From Tubiluchus corallicola (lineage: Eukaryota; Animalia; Priapulida): a DNA stretch of 64,000 nucleotides. The stretch is from positions 806,001-870,000 of the forward strand of contig JAQGDQ010000009.1 of the NCBI GenBank assembly GCA_030141605.1, in the 5' to 3' direction. Shown in pieces: positions 12,548-24,682 of this stretch (the stretch's first letter is position 1; the number at the start of each line of letters is the position of its first letter). Made by a program: the position numbers and the translations under genes. The notes below the pieces were generated by a model that did not search any database, was not told where the DNA came from, and saw only the letters and a list, made by a program, of their open reading frames with translations.

Positions 12548-13029
12548 GTAAAATTCCGTCGACCGGTCTTCGTATATTGTTTGCTTTTGCAAGTATTCGC
12601 TTATCATTGTGAGACAGATGAAAACAGTGACCAGTACCTCGCTGATGATGGGTCAATAAAAGGTCAACTTCTTCAACAGACTGATGTTACACACACATAT
12701 ATATATATATATATGTGTGTGTCGATATGCTTAATAGTGAGAATTCTATTATGTGACTGAAATGTGAAATTTAACTTTAAAAGTAGCACCAGCGGCACCA
12801 TAATGGGCCATATGTACTTTCTAGTTATTACCAAGCATAATGCATCCCACATCTGCCTTCAAGAGTTTAATTTAGGCTACCTATTGCAACATTGTTACTT
12901 ATCACAGCAATCTTTGGCTTCATACTAACATTGTTTCACATGAACGAAAAGCATCTGGCGATGATGAACCTACGTAGGTTTTTCTCCATAGCGCGTCTGA
13001 TGTCAGTCATTAAACTGAATTTAAAATAT

Positions 13030-13660
13030 TAGGGTAATATCGGCCACATTTAGATTTCCTCAGTGACTTACCTCGTATTATCACTGGGATTTAATGTACA
13101 GGCTTAGCAGACACGTCGATGGATTTGTCTGCTTTACAGGAATTCAAAGAAATTGTTTGTGTCACTCAATTCAGTGTAATTTCTATCGTGTTACTTGTGT
13201 ATTCTGTGTGGTCAAAATCAGGGCAATGTTGGCCAGTTGAAGGAAATGTCGGCCACCAGATAGGGTAATGTCGGGCAGTACTGAAACACACTATAGGATA
13301 TCGGTATACTGTATGAAATATTACAGTACGTCTGTTAAAATTCATTAAAAACCATCTAATTTATTGTTTGAAATAGACTTAAACACCCACAGTATAGATG
13401 ATTATTCATTATAGTAATTACTAAAAATATTGTAAAACATTAAGGCAACTATGAAATATTGTAGTAAATCACCTAACTCTTCTCGAAATTTGTTGCTGAT
13501 GCGAGTGATAGACAACTAGGAACAAGTGAAACACATACATCTAGCTGAACAATGCTGGCCTGCTGATTGGCTACAGCATGCTATAAAAAGCCAGTCTAGG
13601 TCATGTGACATGTTTAGAGTCCATTGAAACTGGCTGCCCGACATTAGCCCAATATACTCT
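13030..13660. mobile_element. Decayed DNA transposon with GGGTAATRTCGGSCA subterminal repeats
   Basis: Motif at ~13030, 13220, 13242 and 13262 (+) and inverted at 13635-13650. Confidence 0.4.
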
Positions 13661-14433
13661 ATGTGCAACCTAGCTAGTCACAAACATGTCAGAATTTACG
13701 TACGTGCGCCTAACATGCATGTTCAACGCATAAATAGCATTATTTTCTACGACGCTTTTCACAAAGCTTTCAATTTCTAACCCATTTACCGGCATCCGTT
13801 TCTTTGAGACGCTCTTCAAACTCCAAACAAGTTTGAAGCCAATAACATTAATCGCACCTATGCGCGTGATTTCTCCGCATGAAAGGAAACATTTTCAATT
13901 TCACCTCCGGGGAAGCCAGAGATCTGAGTAGGCGGTTTTGATAAAGTTTCGATCAGCTTGTTTTCCTTACGTCATTGGACCTTTCATCACATTGATGCTT
14001 TTTATTTATGACACATTGGCACGTGGCAGCTACAAACAGGTGTTTATTCGCCATCACTCCATCAGTTTACGAACATCATCATCGTTGCAATCATTATCAA
14101 TATCATCATAAGCAGCAGCATCGCCATTGTTGAGCCGAAGCTCAGTTTATTTTCAGAACGCTGTTTATTCGCTGCGTTCTGTTCACTGTACAAATAAGAG
14201 GCTGGCATTAAGGCCATTATATGGCAATAAGTCGATATGGTATAAATCCATAACCATAAGTCTTCTTATAATTTAAATTTAATGTCTCAGTACCTCGTAA
14301 TTATTAATTGCTCCAGCATTATAAGATACTGGCATCGAAACTAAAAGACCTGGAGAGATTATGTGCTCTTGCCAATATTACAAGCTGCGTTCTAGCTAAG
14401 ATCTTATAAAAAAATTGCCCGAAACGTCTAAGG

Positions 14434-16057
14434 AGCTTAGGTCCGTTTCCCAGAAAGTGTTTGCTGAAAAAACATTTGCCAGAATTTTTTTTACCAGAAA
14501 ATATTTTTCCTAGAAAACTCGTTTCACAGAAAAACCATTTCATAAGAAAGATTTCTTTAACAGGAAAATCAATGTTACCGCTTTTTATCCCAAATCTCCT
14601 GTTTAGTGGGATGATGCCTTCGATTTCTATTTTTCTGTTTGCTTCTCCTTCGTTAACTCCCTTTCTTCCTACCCCTCTTAGGCTCTGGCTCTTTCTCTTC
14701 CTTCCTATCTGTCTCCCATGTCTTTCGCTCTTTTTCTCCCTCTCTCTATCCCTCTTTTTTCATCTGTCCCTCCCCTCTCCTATTCTTTTTCTCAGTCTCT
14801 ATCTTTATCTCTTCCACTTCTCTCTCTCATCGTCTCTCAGCCTCTCTGTCTCATCAATCTTCCTCTATATCACTTTTCTCTCTCTTTCTCCCTTCCACCC
14901 CGCTCTCTCATCCTATCTTTCTTTCTCTTTATCTCTCTCCCTCTCATTCTCTCTCCTTCCTCTCTCTTCCTTTTTAGTCTCTCGCCCCTGTCTTTTTCTT
15001 TCTGCCTCTTTCTGCTCTTCTTTGATTATCTACTACCTACAGCGCTTTGACTAATAACTAATCAGAATCATTTTAAATGACGTAATGTTTAAGGGGTTAA
15101 ACCTTGTTTTTAAATTTTGTATAGGAAAATATTTTGTTTCTAAACTTCATTGCTTACAATAATTGGAACCGTTGTATTCATTTTTCTTTTTGTAAGCTAA
15201 GTGAGTGTGCTATAATAAGGCTAACGCTGCGTTCTTTTTGGTACTAATTCAGTAACATGACTGCATTGTTTGCACAAACATTCGAATAAATGGTAAATAA
15301 ATTTTAAGATAAAATTGCTTTCTCATAGTAATTTGCATTGTACCATTTGCTACATATAATCACTTCAAATACAACTGACTTTCATAGAATTTGAAGTAAG
15401 GTTTAATAAATAATATAGAAAATGAACAACCAAGGTTTTGGAAACTATACTCATTTGTGAATATCTTGGGGTCTAAAATTTATGGCAGGACCGGATCCTA
15501 GTTCATTATCAAGATAATCTTCTCAGATGAAAGACTGAACTGGCACAGTCACATTTTGATGCATGCACATCTTCTCTAAACACGAGAAACGAACGAAATA
15601 ATTTGGAATCACAGTAAAACGTAACTGCCCGAAAGTGGGTCGCGGTCTCCTAACACACCAGTTGCCAGAATTGGCATAGCTTAACTTTGGTAACCAACCA
15701 CACGTCGTGATTTCACACTATGGCCTATATTTGCAAAAACCAACACGATTCGCTACCTAATCTTTCTCACGTTAGAAATCTACTTTCTTGCCGTAACGAA
15801 TTAAGCAAAATTTTTGATAATATGATCCCTATTAATTAACACACGTAGTTAAAGTAAACTACTTTTTATTGCATAAAATCTACCTAATATTTTTAAGAGA
15901 TTTATTACATTTTCCGTAAATTTTATTTTCGATTAAATGACGGTCATGGGCAAAAATTCTGGGAAGTAAGTTTTTTCGGGCAAAAAAGTTTTCTGTGAAA
16001 TTTTTAAGGCTGGAAGAAACTTCTAGGAAAAACTTTTCTGGAAAACAAGTCTACCCC
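14434..16057. mobile_element. Foldback/MULE-like non-autonomous element (~1.62 kb)
   Basis: Long imperfect TIRs built of TTTT(C)CAGAAAA sub-repeats (14434-~14570 vs ~15945-16057); flanks cgtctaagg (14425-14433) / tgtctaaag (16058-16066) form a 7/9-matching 9-bp TSD. Confidence 0.6.
14640..15022. repeat. CT-rich polypyrimidine low-complexity tract
   Basis: Degenerate (CT)n inside the foldback element; explains ORFs 14461..15054 and 14718..15050. Confidence 0.9.
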
Positions 16058-16501
16058 TGTCTAAAGATATCACCGCTTTATAAACCAAGCAAACAAACAC
16101 GCAAACAAAACACTAATTAGATAAATTTTCAAAATTGTTTTTGAGCCTAGAGCAGTAGAAGTTCTATTAAATTACATGGTGAGCTTTTGTGACTTTTGCT
16201 ATATACCACAGAATCTTGCAATGTAAATATAATAGACCCTCTGTAGCTACAGTGGTGTGAAAATTCCATTGCATCTCATTTTCTTTTCTATAGAAGGCAA
16301 CGTGCCACGAGCAATCTACAGCCTACAATTGCTTCACGCAGCAATTTAGTCCACCAAATTACTTTGAATAATGTTTGCCATCTACTTACGGAGCCATCTT
16401 AGTCCTGAGTTTTTATTACAGGCATTTCAGAGACTTCTGTTGGATTCATTTGAAGTTTGTCAAGTAAAGCGCTAAGTTTGCCAGAAAGAAATTTAAACAA
16501 T

Positions 16502-18131
16502 ATGCAAGCGTGGAGGACTATTACAATTTTACTAACAATATTGGTAAGTATCAAGTAAAAATATAACGAGCCGCACGACTATTCTTGCCCTAATTCTAAT
16601 CCAGTTTATCTTCCTTTGTCTTCTACAGTCAGTCTATATTATTATAAGCGATAAATGATGTACAGCACAAATACCAGGTGGTGCAGAAAAAAAACGTGCC
16701 GAAGTTTTTATCACAATATTATAAGAAAATAATAGAATCGCTTGACAATTATCACACTGACGTTGCAGTCGCTTATGTATAAACGTAAAAAATTTCAGGC
16801 CATTCGCTTAATTTTTTCCAAAGATGCGAAAGCCTTAAAACAACAAGTCAAAAAATAATAAATACCGGAAAAAAATTTCGGTCACTTTGTTAAAATTTAC
16901 AGCAAGTGCTCTATGTATCCTCACACATCCCCAACAGCTGACACAGTTTCTTTCTTCTTTAAGAAGTATGTGGTCCCAACGCCCAACAATTTTTGCCTTT
17001 TCCTCTACATCAACCAGTTCTATACAGCCGTCATATATACTTTCTCTGGGAACTGAAGTTATCGTAGTTCATAGGATGAAGTTCCATTTTTCTTGACAAC
17101 AAATCTTTATCAGTACTTTATTTTCTGTGATAAAGACCGTGATATGAACTGGTTGATTTATTGCCACGTATTGAGTGCTTTAAATATGTCGACGAGGCTA
17201 TTTTTCAATTGGTGATTATAACTGACATTGTTCCGGCATTCGGTCATAACTTGATAAGTATTAATACTATAAATTTGTAACTTTCGCAGTACGTAGCATA
17301 TGTATTGTAGTATGTGCCAAAAATTAATGTATTGCAGTATCATGCTCTGAAATTTCAACTTTGAAGAGCACCTTCTTCTAATGTTATTGTATTCTAAACT
17401 TCGATACATTTTTTCTGCACCACCCGATATATAGATACTTCGTGTAACATCTAATAGAATATAAATGCCTAGCTGCGAAATCTATGGTCGCAGATTGACA
17501 ACTATTCTGGACTGCGCCTAATGCTGACTCCTACAAAAACAAAAACAAACGTTGGCCACATGGCTTCTGCCATTAATAGGGATTGTCGTATTTCAGAGGT
17601 AACGAACTACATTCCGATCCCTTCACAATCATCAACATTAGTAGTTCTTGCGTAACTTTCGGTAAACGACTTGCATCACACAACCTCAAATAGAAATGCA
17701 TGTATCAGTGAAATTAGAAACTGGATGCTGCGTCTAAAAAACGTTGTAAAGAAATGATTTTTTCGGTTTGTTCAAAATTTTAAGCATCACAATGTGCAAT
17801 GCAGCAAGTTTATTTTTAAAGATATTCCACAACAGGGGGATATAACAGGCTCAGAATTTTTTTCTTTTTTCAGGTTTCACTCATTGTTTTTGGAAACCGT
17901 TGTTCAGCCTATCCTCAGCAGACGCAAAGAACAAACAATGTAATGCCATTCACAAGTTTAGACCTCCTAAACCGTCTCGCGCTCACGCGGCGACTGATGC
18001 GGCCTGGACGCGGCGACATCGAAGTCGCTAGAAGGGCGATTCCCTGGCACGTCATCGTCTCCGGAAGAGGATACGGAAAACGCTACCTAGACGATTACGC
18101 TTTGGAACCAGAAGACGAAGACACTCGATGA
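16502..18131 (+). CDS. Neuropeptide precursor, 99 aa; predicted mature peptide AIPWHVIVSGRGY-NH2 (allatotropin-like C-terminus)
   Basis: Exons 16502-16543 (donor TTG|GTAAGT) and 17874-18131 (acceptor T-tract CAG|), phase 0, give MQAWRTITILLTILVSLIVFGNRCSA-YPQQTQRTNNVMPFTSLDLLNRLALTRRLMRPGRGDIEVA-RR-AIPWHVIVSGRGY-G-KR-YLDDYALEPEDEDTR*: signal peptide, dibasic sites, Gly amide donor, acidic tail. An upstream acceptor at 16293 implies a further 5' UTR exon. Confidence 0.8.
16674..17427 (-). mobile_element. Internally deleted Tc1/mariner element in the neuropeptide intron
   Basis: TA-flanked TIRs CCAGGTGGTGCAGAAAAAAAACGTGCCGAA / TCGATACATTTTTTCTGCACCACCCGA; minus strand retains transposase tail (KVYDG..KAKIVGRWDH); same family as 56513-57161. 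Confidence 0.75.
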
Positions 18132-18786
18132 GTTTGTTTAATGAAGCGATATATTTCACGAACAAACAATAACAGTGAAACTAAATACTCCAAAATGTTC
18201 GCAAATTATGAAATTTTAAATGAGTTTGTAACTCTAAGGAACTGCTAAGTGAATAACAGGAGCCTACGCAAATGTTAAGCACAAGAAAACACTCTTCATA
18301 AATAATACCTAAAAAATTTCATCTAAGCAAAAATTTAACTTACTTTATATTGTCAGTAAGATCAAAATGTCTTCTATGGTGAATCCAATGGTGCACACTG
18401 TGATGGCAGTGCACTGCCGTTTTGCTCGGTGAGAGCGAATATTTTAAATAATTAATCATTTTTTTCCAATTACATTAATTTTTGAAACAGGTAAGCGTAA
18501 TGCTAAGTAACATAACTTTATATGGAAAGTTCTTTGGGATATACATTACTTGAAAATTCCCCTTTCTTTCCCTCTAAATAGACATACATATTGTCACAGC
18601 TTGTTAATAATTTAATGCAAGTCTACGAGTTTCACTCTTTAATTATCCTTACAGTAGAAATGCTTACTAAACAATTTTTATCTTCACTCAGGTTTACAAA
18701 TTAGTATAATAATAGTTATATAGATAATATGTATCAAGTCACGTGTTTTTTTTGTTTTTCGCAATTGTTTTGAAGTTAAATACACT

Positions 18787-18792
18787 AATAAA
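18787..18792 (+). terminator. Candidate polyadenylation signal (AATAAA) of the neuropeptide gene
   Basis: AATAAA ~655 nt after the stop codon; hexamer only, common in AT-rich DNA. Confidence 0.3.
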
Positions 18793-20821
18793 ACTTATTT
18801 TCATGTACAGATTATGTCCGGCGTTAAACTAGGCGAATAATTAAATGTATATAGTCTTATATTAAGAAACAGTATAAACTGGTCAACAACGCCTGTATTT
18901 GACTGTTTCGATTAAGCGGCGGGGCTGGGGGTGGGGGGTGGGGTGGCGGCCTAAAGAAGGCAAACGCATTGATACAGCAGATTTAAAAATGGTTCTGCTA
19001 TCGTCCTGCCTGGCGCGTGGTAGCAAGGCGATTAGAGTAGCCCCTTCAACTGAAAAACCTGCGCACTGCATCAAAGGTTAACTTCTTATAAAATACGTAG
19101 TACAATAAATCGTCGACTAGCATTAATAAACATCTTATTAACGCCTACTAAGCCAAGCCAGTCACGCAATCTTGAAACGTGACAAAGATTCAAGATTATT
19201 TTCAGCTAATTTCAAAATTCAACAGAATATATTAGTTTCCTGGCAGATACTGTATAGGCGTTTCAGAACAGGATAATAATATTATATTTACGTCTACGTT
19301 TTCATGAGCGATCTCTTTTGGTAATTATGAGCATTTAATGATGCAAACCGTCATATTAGAGCTTGAAAGGAAAAAATAGGCTTACTGAGGTACAGCATTT
19401 TTTCATATAAAGCGTGTATATGTACTTGAGGCAAGAGCCGTTGAACCAATAGTAACGTTTCAAGGTATAAATGTAACATTTAGCAATACACATATAAGCG
19501 TGCGACGAAAGTCAATTTCTATCAAATAAATGTAGACCCTCTCTCTGCGGTGATATAATCACGTCAATTTGGTTGCGGGGTAAATAACAGCAAGTGGTAC
19601 AATTACTCAATAACGATTTATAATTAGCAAGTAGTAATTTATGGTACCAATTTCCTTCTTGTTTACAATTTACGAAGTTGCTCCTAAACAGGCAACAACA
19701 AAAACACTTAGAATGCGAAGCATACTTTCAGTTTTGCATAAACAGCAAACCGAATTTTAAGCTTGGAGGATTAGCTTAATTCAGCATAATTACTTAATAA
19801 ATTGCGCATAACTGATTAACACCCTCAGACTATGCATACTGCTGACTACAAAGTGAAAGCTTAGCTCAAAAACATGAAGATAAAGAAAAAAAGCAAAGAA
19901 CGAATGTACGGAATGATGACAAATTTGTGCTAGATATTACGTGAGTTCGCATATTACATAATAATAATTGTTAAGCAGTGTCGTGATAAAAGTAAATTTA
20001 ACCTGGTTATTAATCATACTGCTGTTATAGGTTTATGCAGTTACAATTTATGAACAAGCGAAAGGAAAACTGATTTTTTAGTCATCAAATGAGTTCTCAT
20101 CAGAGTACAGTAATCTCACAATTAATACTAGTAAATCAATTTAACTAGTATATATTAAACAAAGAATTATCTTTGTCGTAACTTCACTACCATGTTTTTA
20201 AATTTGCTACTATAGAGTTTACATCTTAAACAAAAACAACCAAGTTACATGAAACAGAATTTTGAAACACTATCTATTTTACACTATTTTCAAAACTTAA
20301 CAATGAGCCTACACTTAAGGAAAGTAAGTAATTCCTTATAAGTTAGAATTATTAATTCTTAAATTTTTACGATAATGAATTAATTTCAAAACACACGCTT
20401 ATATATATATAGATTTCTTCCAAAATTATCCACTAGGCTTCTATACAATGAGAAAAAAATCTATTTTCCACATAATGTGAAAAGCCACCTTTACAAATAC
20501 CACAAACACAAAACTGTCTAGAACTATACGACATAAACAGTAATATTATCCAAAGCATTATAACCTGTAACACGCAACCTGAATTATTCATAGGTGCTAA
20601 TTATTGTTCTATGACCTGTAAACACGAGAGTTTATCCAGGTGATAAAACAGTCTAGAAACACAATCTAAATAAGCGTCAAAATTATTTAGACACCCATTA
20701 AGCTCAGTTAGAATTAAGCAGCAATTCACACATTTTCTAACAAACCACAAGGCGTTGAAAATCAATGCAAAAAGGCAATAACACAAAACTTGCGAACAAT
20801 CAAAGATATGCAATGGTCTAC

Positions 20822-20937
20822 AGTAGGAATGGTATCATTTTAGTACTTATAGTAGGAATGGTATCATTTTAGTACTTATAGTAGGAATGGTATCATTTTA
20901 GTACTTATAGTACGAATGGTATCATTTTAGTACTTAC
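20822..20937. repeat. Minisatellite, 4 x 29 bp (agtaggaatggtatcattttagtacttat)
   Basis: Units start at 20822, 20851, 20880 and 20909; no spacers; the last unit has 2 substitutions. Confidence 0.95.
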
Positions 20938-23809
20938 AGAAAGCAATAGCAAAATACATAAGCTTTTTCTAACAGTTCACATTTTGTAAACTTTGCAACA
21001 ATGATTAAAATCGTTGAATTTTTTAAAATGCGAGTTGAACAACTGAGTGGTTATTGTGTGCACTTGGCCAAAAGAGTTAAGCAATACCAGGCCTGGTAAG
21101 GGTATGTGTGGGTGACCGGATGGAAAATGTTCCTGAACAGTTTCAACCACCATTATGCTAGTAATAATTTTATTGAAAAAGGGTACACACAATTTAAATG
21201 AGGTAGACAATTTTGCTGGTTCAGTCACCCTCGTAGAACTTTTGAAATGGAAGCAATGAATGTTTGCTGCAGTTAAAACAAGAAAAAGCACCAACCCATG
21301 TTACAAAAATGCAAAAAAAAATTACGAAAAACAAAGTAAGTGCATAACAACGTTTCATTTACAGCATTGGATTTTAGTCAATTTTAACTAAGCAATAATT
21401 TGTCATTTTCAGCACTTATAAAGGTGAAAGCCTCTGTCAGCAAATCACTACATTTTCAATGTTATTTACATTTCTTTGCTAGCATATGACAATATTCTGA
21501 AGAGATCTCATTTTTTGCAAAAAACCAAACACACCTAAGATCACGTGGTACAACACACAATAGTACTTACTATGATAATAGTTAATTTATAAGGAATAAA
21601 TACATTGATTTAGGTAGACCAAATATCAAACGACGACAAATTTAACGAAAACACAGTACTATTAGTGAAACAAAGAGAATTTATCAACTTACAATCATTA
21701 TTTTATTCAGTTCCCCAAAGTGCACTTTATGAGAAACCAGCTGCTTTTCTTCAAGCTGATAGGAAAACAAGAAAACCATCAGTGGCACCCCCTGTGCGTG
21801 GAATACTAATATCCTGTCAGACCTCTGGAGAGAACGATTAATGTACATTGTGCAGTTTACAGATACACAACACTCAAGTTCATCTATAGATTTTGTTATT
21901 AGCAGCGATTCATCAAGGTTTTAGAAGAGATTCATTTATGTAGGGTGATTAATCTAAATGCTTCATATACTTCCAGGTGTGTAACCAGCAAAGAATTTGG
22001 ATTAATTTATTACAGGTAATCATGAGGCAGGTGTTACAATTAATCACACAGAGTGTACGTAGTATGGATTTAAGGCTCTTCCAGACCTCTCACCATTCAT
22101 TTGAAAAGTCTGAAATTCTCTGAACATCAGACTGAGACTAGTCACAAAAATCATTGGTGATAGTAAAAATGTTTTAAATTTACACTTTCTATAATTAAAA
22201 ACAACTGAAACCAGTTCATCGAATCTTGAACCGAAGGCTTTCAAGCGAAATCTTGAAGCAAATGACAACGAATTTATGCTGATCCATACAAAAACTGTTT
22301 TTCTGGGCATTAAATATTATTGATACAATTGTCTTTGTCACTCGCCTTTACTTTCATTAACTTGCTGTAGAGGGCGAATGGTTTTTTCCAGAATAAAATA
22401 TTAAAGTATGTATATACAGAGTCAAGGTTTATGAAACATGTGCTTCATGATAAGGTTCCAAGGGAAATCAAGTTTCGATGCCGATAATTTTATTTTCAAG
22501 CTGAAGAAACTTACATTTAAGAAGTATGCCTATTACCTTAAGAAAAATAGTTTAAACTCATCTCTGACATAACTCTGCAGCAAACGAACACATCCTGTTT
22601 TCTTACTCTGTTTTCAAACTCTTCAAGCTCTCACATTTAATGCTTCTAATTACAACTTCGTTGCTTTCTCTAAGTCACTCATAGTGTTGTCTGGTTCTAC
22701 TTTCATCGCATCATATTTTAGTTTTTTGTCAAATAACGTTCAGCATAAACAGGAGCTAAAAATTTAACTTTTTTATACACCTTACTACGTTATATAGATT
22801 GAAGTCACATTACTATTTAAATGGTACACGAAAGATTGTAGACCATACTAACCTTCCATACTTTACCAAATTCTAGGTAAAATGAAAAAACCCCGTTACA
22901 GTGACAAAAAGAGGTCCCGCTCACAAAACTAAGTGACATAACTAATCCATAATAATACAGTGCAAATAATGTACAGTGTTAAAACAACATTTACAGCCTG
23001 TATTACAGTAAAATAATTCAGCTAACTGGTCAGTTACCGTTAGCTCACAATTCCAATATACAACTCATATTATTTACACAAAACAAATAACCAAAATACA
23101 AGAAAATAAATTATACAGAAAATTGCACAACAGTTAAGCCACGATGCTGAAATTTGTTAACCATTAATTTATTGCATAATTAACTTGAGACTATATAATG
23201 CTCTTGTAAACGTTTCATAACAGAAGAGATATATTATCACAAGCACGGTTTTATAGACTTCTACCCACTAGTATTTTTTATCTCGTGTTTTATTACCAGA
23301 AACATAAACAGCTAAATTTGTTTTAGCGAGAACATAATGACCAAATATTGTGACCAATTAGCCGTTTTTGTGCTATTGTCTTTTAAGGCCATATAATTCT
23401 CTTAAACTAAATTAAAATTAAAATATAGATGAATAATAAACAAAGCTACTAACAAACAGCTTATCAGTTATAAAGTTACAATGTAGTGATAACGTGTAAA
23501 ATGTATAAATCATTCATTTAGCTTAACATTTTTTACTGCACGTTCACATTTGTTGAACCACATTCACTGCAAATTACAGACAATAAAGTGGAAGAAGATC
23601 TATAATGACTAAATAACAAGTGTAGAGAAAGTAATTAATGTAAAGATGCAAAGAACATCTAATGTGGAATCAGACTGGCAGACAACAGGAACAATGTGTA
23701 GTTAACACCAGGCCACTTGAGACACTGTAAAAAATGTGTTCTGATAAAAAAATCCTCAGATAAAGCATTAAATTTTACCGACTAATTACCAGCTAATCAC
23801 TATTATAAC

Positions 23810-24167
23810 AAGGGGTGAGCATCAAACATTCGAGTTTGAACAAGTTTTTTTACTTTGAATTCGATTCGAACCTAAAATTATATATTGGAATAATTCAGCA
23901 CTTCAGCCACGTATGTTCTTTATCACAAAAATATTTGAAATGGTATGCAATTAGCACAATTTAGCTACAGTTTCTGTGCAAAATTTTCAATAAACCATTT
24001 AGGTTTTACTGCAGAACAAAATCAAGTATTATGCATGATCTTTTAAGACCACGTTTTGCTAGTGGTTCGAAAACTTGTTTGAAAATCTTTCAAACTCAAT
24101 TCGAATTCGAAAGTCACAAATTCGATTCGATTAGCATTCGATTTCTGGTAGAGAATGCTCACCCCTA
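23810..24167 (+). mobile_element. hAT-family MITE (~360 bp), copy 1
   Basis: TIR (T)AGGGGTGAGCAT...ATGCTCACCCCTA, perfect 8-bp TSD ATTATAAC (23802-09/24168-75), internal TTCGAA/TTCGAT sub-repeats; ~190 nt downstream of the NAPA stop. Confidence 0.85.
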
Positions 24168-24353
24168 ATTATAACAGCTATAGCTTTAAAAAGATATATT
24201 AAACTTTGTTAAAAACATATTTCTTTTCAAGTAATCAAATTAGCTATGCATGATGTCTATGGCTCAATATGTTTTAGCAACAATATTCTAAGCAGAAGAA
24301 TTATTTAAATTTATCAAGTGAAAGATTGAATGCTTTAAACTCACATCAGTGAT

Positions 24354-24644
24354 TTATCGAAGATCTGGATCATCGCTTATAGTCTTCTTAGCCCGAAGCA
24401 ACATGGTGGTCAACCACTGGTCAAGCCGGGAAACTGAGTCATATTCCTTGACAGCTTCAGTGTAACCCTCCACATTCTCTTCTTCCATAGCGACTAGGAG
24501 TTTCTATGGCATAAAAATAATTTGATACCAGAAATGCAACAAAAGAGGGAATGGTTGGTAAGCAAGTAGACGGGCTGGTAGGACATTGTATAGTGAGAAT
24601 GGGAGGAAGGAAGACTAAAAGAAGGAATGAAAGAGAGACAGAGA

Positions 24645-24682
<38 letters not shown>

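Noticed and set aside
13561-13610. CCAAT + TATAAAAAG + E-box as the neuropeptide promoter
   Set aside because: Lies between inverted subterminal repeats of a decayed transposon and no downstream first-exon donor could be linked to it.
14461-15054. 197-aa Leu/Ser/Phe-rich 'membrane protein' ORF
   Set aside because: Translation of the CT tract inside a foldback element.
17943-18010. SLDLLNRLALTRR as a CRF/DH44/ELH-like peptide
   Set aside because: Only a short motif resemblance; lacks the ~40-residue length and dibasic/amidation boundaries of that family.
20822-20937. 29-bp repeats as a CRISPR array
   Set aside because: Head-to-tail units without spacers, no cas genes, eukaryotic context.
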